In this document: positions 30,116 to 39,093 of the stretch, one piece after another | Layout of the letters: each line of letters starts with the position of its first letter | Numbering within the stretch: position 1 is the stretch's first letter | Source of the DNA: a bacterium | GTDB taxonomy: Bacteria; Fidelibacterota; Fidelibacteria; Fidelibacterales; Fidelibacteraceae | Length of the DNA: 64,000 nucleotides | Assembly: GCA_963676395.1 (NCBI GenBank) | Contig: OY781066.1 | Span: 128,001-192,000 of the forward strand | Direction: 5' to 3' | The notes under the pieces: generated by a model | What the model saw: the letters and a program-made list of their open reading frames with translations, nothing else | What the model was told of the DNA's origin: nothing | The model's database searches: none | Translations under genes and position numbers: made by a program

Positions 30116-31453
30116 CTATACGATTCCTTGCTCTACCATTGCATTGGCAACCTTAAGGAAACCGGCAACATTCGCTCCGCGAACATAATCAATATATTTT
30201 GGATCGATCTGACCATTCTCAACACATTGTTCATGAATACGAACCATAATATGATGTAGTTCTTTATCCACTTCTTCACGCGTCCAAGAGCGACCCATAT
30301 AATTTTGACTCATTTCCAAACCTGAGGTCGCCACGCCACCTGCGTTAGCGGCTTTCCCCGGTGCATACAAAATTTTTGCAGCTTCAAATACTTTAACGGC
30401 ATCGGGTGTTGATGGCATATTGGCACCTTCAGAGACACAGAAACAGCCATTTTTAACTAATAATTCAGCATCCTCTTTACCCAGTTCATTTTGAGTAGCA
30501 CAAGGTAATGCGATATCAACTGCTTGTTCCCATGGTCTTTTACCTGGATAGAATGTAGCATTCGGAAATTCTTTTGCATAAGGAGCAACAATATCGTTAT
30601 TGGAAGCACGAAGCATAAGCATATAATTGATCTTTTCATCGCAGATACCATCAGGATCATAAATGTATCCGTCAGGACCGGAGAGTGTAACGACTTTACC
30701 GCCCAGATCATTTACTTTTGTTGCAGCACCCCAGGCAACATTTCCAAAACCTGAGATCGCCACTTTTTTGCCTTCAAAGCTTTCACCGCGTGTTTTAAGC
30801 ATTTCATTTGCAAAATAAACAACACCAAAACCCGTAGCTTCGGGACGTACCAATGAACCTCCCCAATTCAAACCCTTACCGGTTAAAACACCTGTAAATT
30901 CATTTCTTATTCTCTTGTACTGACCGAAGAGATAACCGATTTCACGGGCGCCAACACCAATATCACCGGCAGGAACATCGGTTCTGGAACCGATATGTCG
31001 TTGCAGTTCCATCATAAAACTTTGGCAGAAACGCATAACTTCACCGTCGGAACGACCACGGAAGTTAAAGTCTGAACCCCCTTTACCACCCCCCATGGGC
31101 AAAGTAGTAAGGGCATTCTTAAAGATCTGTTCAAAACCCAGAAATTTTAAGATAGAAAGGTTCACACTTTGGTGAAATCTCAAACCACCCTTGTAAGGAC
31201 CGATTGCAGAGTTAAATTCAACTCGAAATCCACGGTTAACCCTTACAGCGCCCTGATCATCAACCCAGGGAACACGAAATGTAATAACACGTTCAGGCTC
31301 AACAATACGATCAAGAATGTTGGCATCCTTAAATATGGGATTATCCTCATAAATATCCCAAATTGATTCAACCACTTCTTCTACGGCTTGCAAAAACTCA
31401 GGTTGATGTGGGTTTCGTGCAGCGACAGATTCTAAAAAACTACTTTTGCTCAT
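30116..31453 (-). CDS. gdhB: Glutamate dehydrogenase, NAD-specific type
   Basis: Same core motifs; SGFGNVAWG..SGPDG pattern as in NAD-specific enzymes; GGAGG RBS before 31453. Confidence 0.9.
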   Translation of the reverse strand: MSKSSFLESVAARNPHQPEFLQAVEEVVESIWDIYEDNPIFKDANILDRIVEPERVITFRVPWVDDQGAVRVNRGFRVEFNSAIGPYKGGLRFHQSVNLSILKFLGFEQIFKNALTTLPMGGGKGGSDFNFRGRSDGEVMRFCQSFMMELQRHIGSRTDVPAGDIGVGAREIGYLFGQYKRIRNEFTGVLTGKGLNWGGSLVRPEATGFGVVYFANEMLKTRGESFEGKKVAISGFGNVAWGAATKVNDLGGKVVTLSGPDGYIYDPDGICDEKINYMLMLRASNNDIVAPYAKEFPNATFYPGKRPWEQAVDIALPCATQNELGKEDAELLVKNGCFCVSEGANMPSTPDAVKVFEAAKILYAPGKAANAGGVATSGLEMSQNYMGRSWTREEVDKELHHIMVRIHEQCVENGQIDPKYIDYVRGANVAGFLKVANAMVEQGIV

Positions 31454-31459
31454 TAATTT

Positions 31460-31582
31460 TTTCCTCCATAGAACACAAGCAAAGCTTACGAGGTCCACAT
31501 GACCCCGCTTTAAAAGTACGACCCCGCTCTCTTCCTTACTCCGGGATCACGACCCATCTTGTTTAGTACAAGAGAACTATCA
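31460..31582 (-). promoter_or_regulatory. Structured GC-rich 5' leader of gdhB with three GGGTCRT repeats
   Basis: Repeats at 31499, 31518 and 31549; stems GCGGGGTC/GACCTCGT, GTTCTCT/AGAGAGC, CTTGT/ACAAG. Confidence 0.45.
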
Positions 31583-31813
31583 AATTCCGCGTAATTTAAA
31601 GATATTTTAACGTAAAAGTAAACCCTAGTTTTGTCTTTTTTACTTTTATTTTATGGGGTTTTTAGAAAAATATAATTATCTATTTCAAGCCTCTTTCTTA
31701 AAAGGAGCAACAAAGCATTGCTAATACATTATTACCAGTGATAATTTGTAATGTTTTCCTATAAATATTTTGGTTAAAACAAATTTGAAAATAAATAATC
31801 AATACCATAAAAA

Positions 31814-31841
31814 GTAAGGAACGGTCACAACCGTTCCTTAC
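31814..31841. repeat. GTA..TAC REP-like palindrome
   Basis: GTAAGGAACGGT-CACA-ACCGTTCCTTAC, perfect 12-bp arms. Confidence 0.65.
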
Positions 31842-31893
31842 AAATACAAAACAATTATACAGGTTTCAACACCTTGAACCTCTAGCTGTATTT

Positions 31894-32937
31894 TTACATC
31901 TTAATATCTTTTTCAAATTCGGCAATTGTTGTTCGCATCATACCAATCATATCATGTTCAGCCGCTTCAAGGGCAACACGAATGCCATTCTTAAAAGCAT
32001 AGGCATCAGAGCGACCATGACTTTTAACAACCAGTTTATCATAACCGAAAAGAGGTGAACCGCCATACTCTTCATAAGAAGCAATTTTTGTTAGTTTATT
32101 AATACCCCCTAACAAAAAGAGCAATCCAAGTTTCCAAATGAATTTACCTTTTGAAGCTATCTTTGCCAGTTTCTTTACCGCTTCACTGGTGCCTTCCATG
32201 GTTTTCATCGCAATATTACCCGTCATTCCCTCTGTAACAACAATATCGGCTTTACCTAACAAAAGATCGTTGCCTTCAATATTTCCTATAAAGTTGATAT
32301 CATTTCTTGCTGAGAGAAGCTTATATGCCTTTTTCATCGTTTCATTACCTTTATGTTCTTCAGCCCCTATATTCAGCAAACCGACCGTTGGGTTTTTGAT
32401 ATCCAACACCTCTTTAACATAAGCCATTCCCATATAAGCATAATGGACAAGATCTTCCGGTGAGTTTGAAACATTAGCGCCAATATCCATCATAAATGAA
32501 AAAATAGGAACATCTTTTCTTTCTTTCATTGTAGGATACAATGTACCCAAAGCTGTCCTTTTTACTCCCGGTATTCTTTTAATATGTGTACCCACAGATA
32601 ACACAACCGCACCCGTACTACCGGCAGAAACCATGGCATCGGCTTTATTTTCAGATAACATTCTTGCCGCCAGAAGCACAGAAGCATTGGGTTTATCCTT
32701 TATAGCGGTTTTAGGAGAATCTTCCATGGTTATCTCATCGGGCGTATGCTCAATGATGATCTGATCTTTGTTATAAGTATGTTTTAGCAATTCGGCTTTT
32801 ATTTTTGCTTCATCTCCTACAAGAATAAATTTAGCTTCAGATTCTGCCGCCATTTGACATGTACCATCAACTGTAACAGCAGGAGCAAAATCTCCTCCCA
32901 TGGCATCAATAACAATCGTTTTAATCTTTTTAGACAT
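31894..32937 (-). CDS. plsX: Phosphate acyltransferase PlsX
   Basis: IDAMGGDFAP, VSAGSTGA, DIGAN, GLLNIGAE..KG, KSHGRS. Confidence 0.95.
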   Translation of the reverse strand: MSKKIKTIVIDAMGGDFAPAVTVDGTCQMAAESEAKFILVGDEAKIKAELLKHTYNKDQIIIEHTPDEITMEDSPKTAIKDKPNASVLLAARMLSENKADAMVSAGSTGAVVLSVGTHIKRIPGVKRTALGTLYPTMKERKDVPIFSFMMDIGANVSNSPEDLVHYAYMGMAYVKEVLDIKNPTVGLLNIGAEEHKGNETMKKAYKLLSARNDINFIGNIEGNDLLLGKADIVVTEGMTGNIAMKTMEGTSEAVKKLAKIASKGKFIWKLGLLFLLGGINKLTKIASYEEYGGSPLFGYDKLVVKSHGRSDAYAFKNGIRVALEAAEHDMIGMMRTTIAEFEKDIKM

Positions 32938-33310
32938 TTTACCTTCCTGTATTTAATGGTGCATAATGTAAGAAATTATAGTGAATGATAAAAGAAATGG
33001 TTTCCATTAAGGTTAATACAAAAGAAGAGAAGTAAGATATAAAAAGCAAACTATCGTCAAAATTCTATTTACATCATTCTTAGTAATTGACCATTTATAT
33101 CATTAAGTATTCTACGCAAATTGAATTCGTATTTTCGATTTAAAATTGCATTCATCTCGCCTCGTTAATAACTCACAACTAGTAAGATTTTTCCTTTGTT
33201 TTATTATATTCATCCGTTAAATTTGGAAGCTTTGCTCTTTATATATGTATCATATCACTCCGGAACAAAGCAAGGAGTGGATTTAACAGAATATGGAGGT
33301 TCAATCCCGT

Positions 33311-35215
33311 ATGTCTAAAAAGCTGATGTGGCGCTATCTCTTGATCGTCGTTCTGATAGCATGGGCAGTTTACTCACTGGTTCCCACCCTACAGTTCGAA
33401 CGTTTAACAGACGCTCAAAAAACAGAACTTAAAGAAGAAGGAAAGTTGATCAACCTTGAATCCCGCATGATAAAACGCGGTCTTGATTTGCAGGGTGGTA
33501 TGCATCTTGTCCTTGAAGTAAATGTCCCCGATTTCGTAAAAAACATCGCTGAACACCAATCACGAGCTTATTACGATTTTATTGATAAAGTGGACGCTCA
33601 GTATGCTGAGGCTCCCGAAGTAGATTATCTTGATATCTTACTGAAAACAGCAGATGCAGATAGCCTTCGCCTCAGTCGTTACTTCCCCACCGTTGATCGT
33701 AAAACAGATAACAAAGCCGTCGTAGATAATCTCTCTAAAGAAGCCGAACACGCTGTGATTCGCGCTGAAGAGATCATCCGTAACCGTGTTGACCAATTTG
33801 GTGTTGCTGAACCGGTTATACAACTAGTTGGCAATAAACGTATCATCGTTGAATTGGCCGGTATTGATGATCCTCAACGAGCTAAAGATATTATCCACAA
33901 TACCGCATTGTTGGAATTCGTTTTACTAAAAGACGCAGATTATACCCAAGATATTATCAATCGTATCGATGCTGCCGTAAAACGAATGAACCCTGAAGAT
34001 ATCGTTCAAGCCGATACAGCTGTTGTTGCAAACACCACTTCAGATGATACTGAAATTTCAGTTTCCGAATTGTTAGGTATCGATGAAGACGATGCAAACA
34101 CCACTTCAGATTCTTCTGTTCTGGTTGACCAAAATCTAGCTGCCGAAAAGCCTTTCTCTGCCTTATTGAGAAATCTTGGCTGGGATATCGGTGTTCCTAA
34201 AGGAAACTACTATGCAGTAAATAAGATTTTGAATGATCCTGAAGTAAAGCGCGTTCTTCCCAATGATCTTCGCATTCTATTCTCAGGTCACACCAAAGCA
34301 TATGATTCACAAGAAGGTGGAAAAGTTGACTTCTATACCCTGTACTTTGTAAACCGTGAAGCCGGTATGACCGGTGAAGCTGTTAAAGAAGCTCAGGCAG
34401 AGCTCGGTAGTGTTTCAAGTGAACATATGGGACAACCCATTGTAAACGTTAGAATGAATGCTGAAGGTACTCGCACATGGGCACGCTTAACCGGTGCCAA
34501 TGTAGACAAACGTTTGGCAATCGTTCTTGACAATAAAGTTCAAATGGCTCCAAGAATTCAAAATAAGATCCCAAACGGACGTACGGTTGTTGAAGGGTTT
34601 GCTTCTTTAGCTGAAGCTCAGGACATTGAGATCGTACTTAAAGCCGGTGCTCTTCCTGCTCCTATTGACATTATTGAAGAACGTACAGTCGGTGCATCTT
34701 TGGGTGCTGACTCGATCGAACGCGGAATTCGTTCCATGTTGATCGGTCTTGCTCTGGTTGCCCTATTCATTATTGTATATTATCGTGGTGCAGGTGCTAT
34801 CGCCATCACAACGCTAGTATTGAATATTTTCTTTGTGTTGTCAATTCTCGCTTCATTGCGTGCAACCCTCACCTTACCCGGTATCGCCGGTTTAGTGCTA
34901 ACCATGGGTATGGCTGTTGATGCCAATGTACTTATCTTTGAAAGGATTCGAGAAGAATACCTTAAAGGTAAAACAATACGCTCTGCTGTTGACAATGGTT
35001 ACTCAAGAGCTTTCATTACGATTCTTGATGCCAACTTGACTACTCTTATTACAGCGCTTGTTCTATGGCAATATGGTTCCGGTCCCATTCGTGGTTTTGC
35101 CGTCACTCTATTCTGGGGTATCATCTTTAACTTTGTATCCGGTTACTTCATCTCAAGAACAATTTTTACATCGTTCACACATGGTAAGAAACCGTTAAAC
35201 AAACTCAGTATATAG
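33311..35215 (+). CDS. secD: Protein translocase subunit SecD
   Basis: GLDLQGG, RVDQFGVAEP, LKAGALPA, GMAVDANVLIFERIREE; GGAGG RBS. Confidence 0.97.
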   Translation: MSKKLMWRYLLIVVLIAWAVYSLVPTLQFERLTDAQKTELKEEGKLINLESRMIKRGLDLQGGMHLVLEVNVPDFVKNIAEHQSRAYYDFIDKVDAQYAEAPEVDYLDILLKTADADSLRLSRYFPTVDRKTDNKAVVDNLSKEAEHAVIRAEEIIRNRVDQFGVAEPVIQLVGNKRIIVELAGIDDPQRAKDIIHNTALLEFVLLKDADYTQDIINRIDAAVKRMNPEDIVQADTAVVANTTSDDTEISVSELLGIDEDDANTTSDSSVLVDQNLAAEKPFSALLRNLGWDIGVPKGNYYAVNKILNDPEVKRVLPNDLRILFSGHTKAYDSQEGGKVDFYTLYFVNREAGMTGEAVKEAQAELGSVSSEHMGQPIVNVRMNAEGTRTWARLTGANVDKRLAIVLDNKVQMAPRIQNKIPNGRTVVEGFASLAEAQDIEIVLKAGALPAPIDIIEERTVGASLGADSIERGIRSMLIGLALVALFIIVYYRGAGAIAITTLVLNIFFVLSILASLRATLTLPGIAGLVLTMGMAVDANVLIFERIREEYLKGKTIRSAVDNGYSRAFITILDANLTTLITALVLWQYGSGPIRGFAVTLFWGIIFNFVSGYFISRTIFTSFTHGKKPLNKLSI

Positions 35216-35224
35216 GAGGCAGCC

Positions 35225-36121
35225 GTGTTTCAATTTTTTAAAAATCCTAATTTTAATATAGTCGGTAAACGACGTGTTGCCTTGATCGTATCACTTGTTG
35301 TTATTATAGCAGGTATTGCATCACTCTTTTTGCAAGGTTTGAACTACGGTGTTGATTTCGCCGGTGGTGCAAAAATGCAAATCGAATTCAAGAAAAGCAT
35401 TTCCGCGGAAGAATTACGAAGTCTTTTTACTGAAAAAGGACTCGGTAATCCCGAGATCAAAAGCTCAGGTGCAAATGAATACATGATCACTATTTCTGCC
35501 AATGAAGCTGAAAATTCAGACAAGCTTCTAGAAGAAGCTCTTCAGAATGTTGATTATGAGATACTTCAGATTGATAAAGTTGGTCCGAAAATGGGTGCTG
35601 AAATGCGTTCAAATTCGGTTTCAGCTGTAGCTATCGCTCTATTATTGATCCTTATCTACATTACCGTTCGTTTCGAATTCAAATTCGCTATCGGTGCGGT
35701 TATTGCTTTATTGCATGATGTGCTTGTAACCTTGGCTTTTTTCTCATTCTTCCAATGGGAATTCTCTCTGCCGGTGCTTGCTGCCTTCTTGACAATCGTT
35801 GGTTATTCTCTAAATGATACTATCGTTGTTTATGACCGTATCCGTGAAAATATCAAGATCCACAAAGGTAAACCTCTCAAAGATGTTATCAATCTTTCGG
35901 TTAACCAGTCATTGGGTCGTACGATCATCACATCATTGACAACTTTCCTTGTTGTACTTATTCTTGCTATCTTTGGTGGCCAGGTATTATTCGGTTTTTC
36001 AATCGCGATGGTAGTCGGTGTCATTGTCGGTACTTACTCTTCAATGTTCGTTGCCGCTCCCGTTCTTATTGCATGGGAACATCGTTTTAAAGAAAACGAC
36101 GACAAGAAAAAGAAAAAATAA
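35225..36121 (+). CDS. secF: Protein translocase subunit SecF
   Basis: GVDFAGG, LLHD, GYSLNDTIVVYDRIREN, GTYSS. Confidence 0.97.
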   Translation: MFQFFKNPNFNIVGKRRVALIVSLVVIIAGIASLFLQGLNYGVDFAGGAKMQIEFKKSISAEELRSLFTEKGLGNPEIKSSGANEYMITISANEAENSDKLLEEALQNVDYEILQIDKVGPKMGAEMRSNSVSAVAIALLLILIYITVRFEFKFAIGAVIALLHDVLVTLAFFSFFQWEFSLPVLAAFLTIVGYSLNDTIVVYDRIRENIKIHKGKPLKDVINLSVNQSLGRTIITSLTTFLVVLILAIFGGQVLFGFSIAMVVGVIVGTYSSMFVAAPVLIAWEHRFKENDDKKKKK

Positions 36122-36166
36122 TCCGTCGACAGGAATTATCCTGCCGGAATACCGGATATAAAAAAG

Positions 36167-36192
36167 AGCCCGGCAGAGTCCGGGCTTTTTTT
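36167..36192 (+). terminator. Rho-independent terminator of secDF
   Basis: AGCCCGG-cagag-TCCGGGCT-TTTTTT. Confidence 0.75.
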
Positions 36193-36197
36193 CAAGG

Positions 36198-36956
36198 ATG
36201 AAAAATATGCACTCAAAAGAACTGATCAAAGTCAACCATCTTAACTTCTCTTTCGATAAAAAAATTGAAGTTCTCTCGGAGATTGATCTTCCGGTCTATG
36301 AAAAAGATTATCTCGTTATTATGGGACCAAATGGTGGAGGTAAAACAACTTTATTAAAATGCATGTTAGGTTTACTCAAGCCAAATTCCGGTTATATAGA
36401 TTACAATGGAATTAAGAAAAATGATTTTGGTTATGTGCCTCAGTTCACAACCTTTGACAAGCATATGCCCATTCGAGTTCATGAGTTTATAGAAACCGGA
36501 TTAATCGGTCAATATCACGCATTTAAAAAGCGTAATCCGGTAGATAAATCCGTTATAGAAGCTCAGTTGGAAGAGTTCGACATTAAAGACATCGCGTGTT
36601 CATCTATCTCGGAGATCTCAGGCGGTCAATTACAGCGGGCATTGCTGGCCAGAGCTCTGATCCAAAATCCAAAAATCCTATTTTTGGATGAACCTACAAC
36701 CTTTATTGATTCCGAATCAAGAGGAAATCTTTCGGAAATACTAAAGCGCTTAAATGAAAAAATGGCTATCGTTATGATCACACACGACACCTCAACCATA
36801 GATGATCAAGTAAAAAATATTGCCTGTGTAAATAAAACACTGTATTACCACGGGCGCGATGAACATATGGAAGAATCACTAGAAAAAGTTTATGGCTGTC
36901 CCATTGAACTAATAGGACATGGATTACCCCATCGAGTCCTAAAGGAGCATAAATGA
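36198..36956 (+). CDS. Zn/Mn ABC transporter ATP-binding protein (ZnuC-like)
   Basis: GPNGGGKT, GYVPQ, SGGQLQR, LDEPT, C-terminal His/Cys tail. Confidence 0.9.
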   Translation: MKNMHSKELIKVNHLNFSFDKKIEVLSEIDLPVYEKDYLVIMGPNGGGKTTLLKCMLGLLKPNSGYIDYNGIKKNDFGYVPQFTTFDKHMPIRVHEFIETGLIGQYHAFKKRNPVDKSVIEAQLEEFDIKDIACSSISEISGGQLQRALLARALIQNPKILFLDEPTTFIDSESRGNLSEILKRLNEKMAIVMITHDTSTIDDQVKNIACVNKTLYYHGRDEHMEESLEKVYGCPIELIGHGLPHRVLKEHK

Positions 36957-37762
36957 ATATCTTGCAATATGAATTCGTTCAAAACGCCCTTCTTGCCGGA
37001 ATTCTGTTAAGTATTACGGCAGGTATTATCGGATCATTAATCGTGATTAAACGCGATACTTTTCTTGTAGGTGGTATTTCACATGCTTCTTTTGGTGGAC
37101 TTGGACTATTTTATTTTCTTGGTTTAGATCCTATCCTTGGTGCTTTTACCGTAGCCTTAGCTTCCGGTTCGGTTATTGGCCTGAGTAATGAGAAACAATT
37201 ACACACACATAATGCCATTATTGGCGTACTCTGGGCATTCGGTATGTCTTTGGGTATTATTTTTATCACCATCACTCCAGGTTACGCACCAAACTTACTA
37301 ACCTATCTTTTTGGTGATATCCTTACGGTTTCAAGACCCGATATCATAAGTATCGCTCTTTATAATATTGTTTTGTTAACTGTTTTATTTTTGTTCTATA
37401 AACCTTTGATCGTATACCTTTTTGATAAAGAATTCGCAGCCCTACATGGTATTCCTGTGAAATTGTTTAGATACTTTTTCTACCTCTTCATTGCTATTGC
37501 TATTGTTCTTATGATCAGATCTGTAGGTATCATTCTGGTATTGGCTTTATTAACAATCCCACCACTTATCGCTCTCCCCTTTTTAAAGCGAATGCCAATA
37601 ATCATGCTGTGGTCTGTCCTAATCTCCCTTTTCATTTTCATTAGCGGCTTTTTTATTGCCTATTACACGAACCTCCCCACGGGTCCGATCATTATTGTTA
37701 CCGGAACAATACTCCTGTTTGTTACGAGGGTTATATGCTTTCTCAGGGACAAAAACTCCTAA
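36953..37762 (+). CDS. Zn/Mn ABC transporter permease (ZnuB-like, ABC-3)
   Basis: ISHASFGG, YLFGDIL, FDKEFA, VGIILV. Confidence 0.9.
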   Translation: MNILQYEFVQNALLAGILLSITAGIIGSLIVIKRDTFLVGGISHASFGGLGLFYFLGLDPILGAFTVALASGSVIGLSNEKQLHTHNAIIGVLWAFGMSLGIIFITITPGYAPNLLTYLFGDILTVSRPDIISIALYNIVLLTVLFLFYKPLIVYLFDKEFAALHGIPVKLFRYFFYLFIAIAIVLMIRSVGIILVLALLTIPPLIALPFLKRMPIIMLWSVLISLFIFISGFFIAYYTNLPTGPIIIVTGTILLFVTRVICFLRDKNS

Positions 37763-39003
37763 AACAGATCTATTTCGATATTATCGAAGAAGTTAAAGCT
37801 CCCGCACTGTATAAAAAATACCTGCATCGCTGGGAAGATACTTTATTTTATCGCAATACTCCCTTAGAGATTCAAGGCAAGAAGGTATTTCTCGCCGGTT
37901 CCGGGAAAGCTTCCTTAGGAATGGCAGAAGCTGTTTTGGAATATCTACCCGCTGAGGTCTATGATTCACTCTTTATTACCCCCAAAGAAGCTCCTGAGAG
38001 CCCGTTCAATACAATAATGGGCGATCATCCCATACCCGGCAATAATAGCTTAGAAGCCGGAATAAACATGAAACGATTTCTGACATCATTAACTAAAAAT
38101 GATACACTTTTATATTTTCTTTCCGGTGGTTCATCCGCTATGTTCGAATTGCCAATTAAAGGTATAGACTTAAATGACATGCGTGAGTTGACGGCCACCT
38201 GCCTTGCATCGGGTGCAGATATACATGAGATCAACACTCTACGCTCTTCGCTTTCTCTTGTTAAAGGCGGAAAACTTACCAATTTATGCAAAGCTACTAT
38301 CTATATTTTCGTTCTATCGGATGTGATGGGAAATGATCTTTCCATCATTGGTTCAGGCCCCTTTTATACGGCCGGGCATCTACATAATATTAACGATATC
38401 ATCATAAAATATAACCTGGACTCATCAATAAATACCAATACACTTTACCATCTCAAGAATGCTGAAACTCACGCGAATTCACGGTCAGTATCACATTTCT
38501 TGATTGGTACAAATATGGAATTATTGCAAGCGGCAGAAACAGCCTGCTTTGACCATAACATAAAACCCATAACTTTCCCCGAAAGCCTTAGAGGTGAAGC
38601 CCGGGAAAGTGGAAAAATGATCGCTGACATGATCAAAAAATACAATTCAGGCACACCTGTCGCCTTTATATTCGGTGGTGAAAACACTGTTACTTTAAAT
38701 GATTCACCCGGGAAAGGCGGAAGAACCCAAGAACTGGCACTTTCTGTGCTCAATGAGTTAAAAGATGAATGTAAATATTCGCTCTTGGCTGCCGGTTCAG
38801 ATGGTATGGATGGTATGGGTGGAGCCGCTGGAGCTGTAATCTGCTCCGAAACATATCAAATCATCCAAGAAAAAGATCTATCTATTCAAGAATATCTTGA
38901 TCGACACGATTCTTATGGCATTTTCAAAGAATGCAATGCTTTGATAGAGTGCGGGTATACGGGGACAAATGTTGCTGACATTGTTGTTGCCATTAAGTAT
39001 TAA
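37735..39003 (+). CDS. Glycerate 2-kinase type 2 (DUF4147/MOFRL)
   Basis: GSGKAS, HPIP, LSGGSS, VKGG, SDVMG, GGRTQE, SDGMDG, GYTGTNVAD. Confidence 0.92.
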   Translation: MLSQGQKLLKQIYFDIIEEVKAPALYKKYLHRWEDTLFYRNTPLEIQGKKVFLAGSGKASLGMAEAVLEYLPAEVYDSLFITPKEAPESPFNTIMGDHPIPGNNSLEAGINMKRFLTSLTKNDTLLYFLSGGSSAMFELPIKGIDLNDMRELTATCLASGADIHEINTLRSSLSLVKGGKLTNLCKATIYIFVLSDVMGNDLSIIGSGPFYTAGHLHNINDIIIKYNLDSSINTNTLYHLKNAETHANSRSVSHFLIGTNMELLQAAETACFDHNIKPITFPESLRGEARESGKMIADMIKKYNSGTPVAFIFGGENTVTLNDSPGKGGRTQELALSVLNELKDECKYSLLAAGSDGMDGMGGAAGAVICSETYQIIQEKDLSIQEYLDRHDSYGIFKECNALIECGYTGTNVADIVVAIKY

Positions 39004-39030
39004 GCATGACGCAATACCTTGCGTCCATAC
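39004..39030. repeat. Decayed REP-like palindrome
   Basis: GCAT GACGCAA TACC TTGCGTC CATAC. Confidence 0.5.
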
Positions 39031-39045
39031 AATTCTATTTTAAAT

Positions 39046-39074
39046 AAAAAAAGGGCCAGAAATATCTGACCCTT
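39046..39074 (-). terminator. Terminator of the hydrogenase operon
   Basis: Minus strand AAGGGTCAGA-tatt-TCTGGCCCTT-TTTTT. Confidence 0.7.
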
Positions 39075-39093
39075 GCATTATAATCATTTATTT

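Noticed and set aside
31480..31500. ACCTCGTAAGC resembling the 3' end of the c-di-AMP (ydaO) riboswitch
   Set aside because: The 5' GCTGAATC and internal GGGGTGAATC elements are absent; kept only as an unassigned leader.
36198..37762. Metal ABC transporter lacking a binding-protein gene as a novel system
   Set aside because: The solute-binding gene is often encoded elsewhere; cannot be judged from this window.
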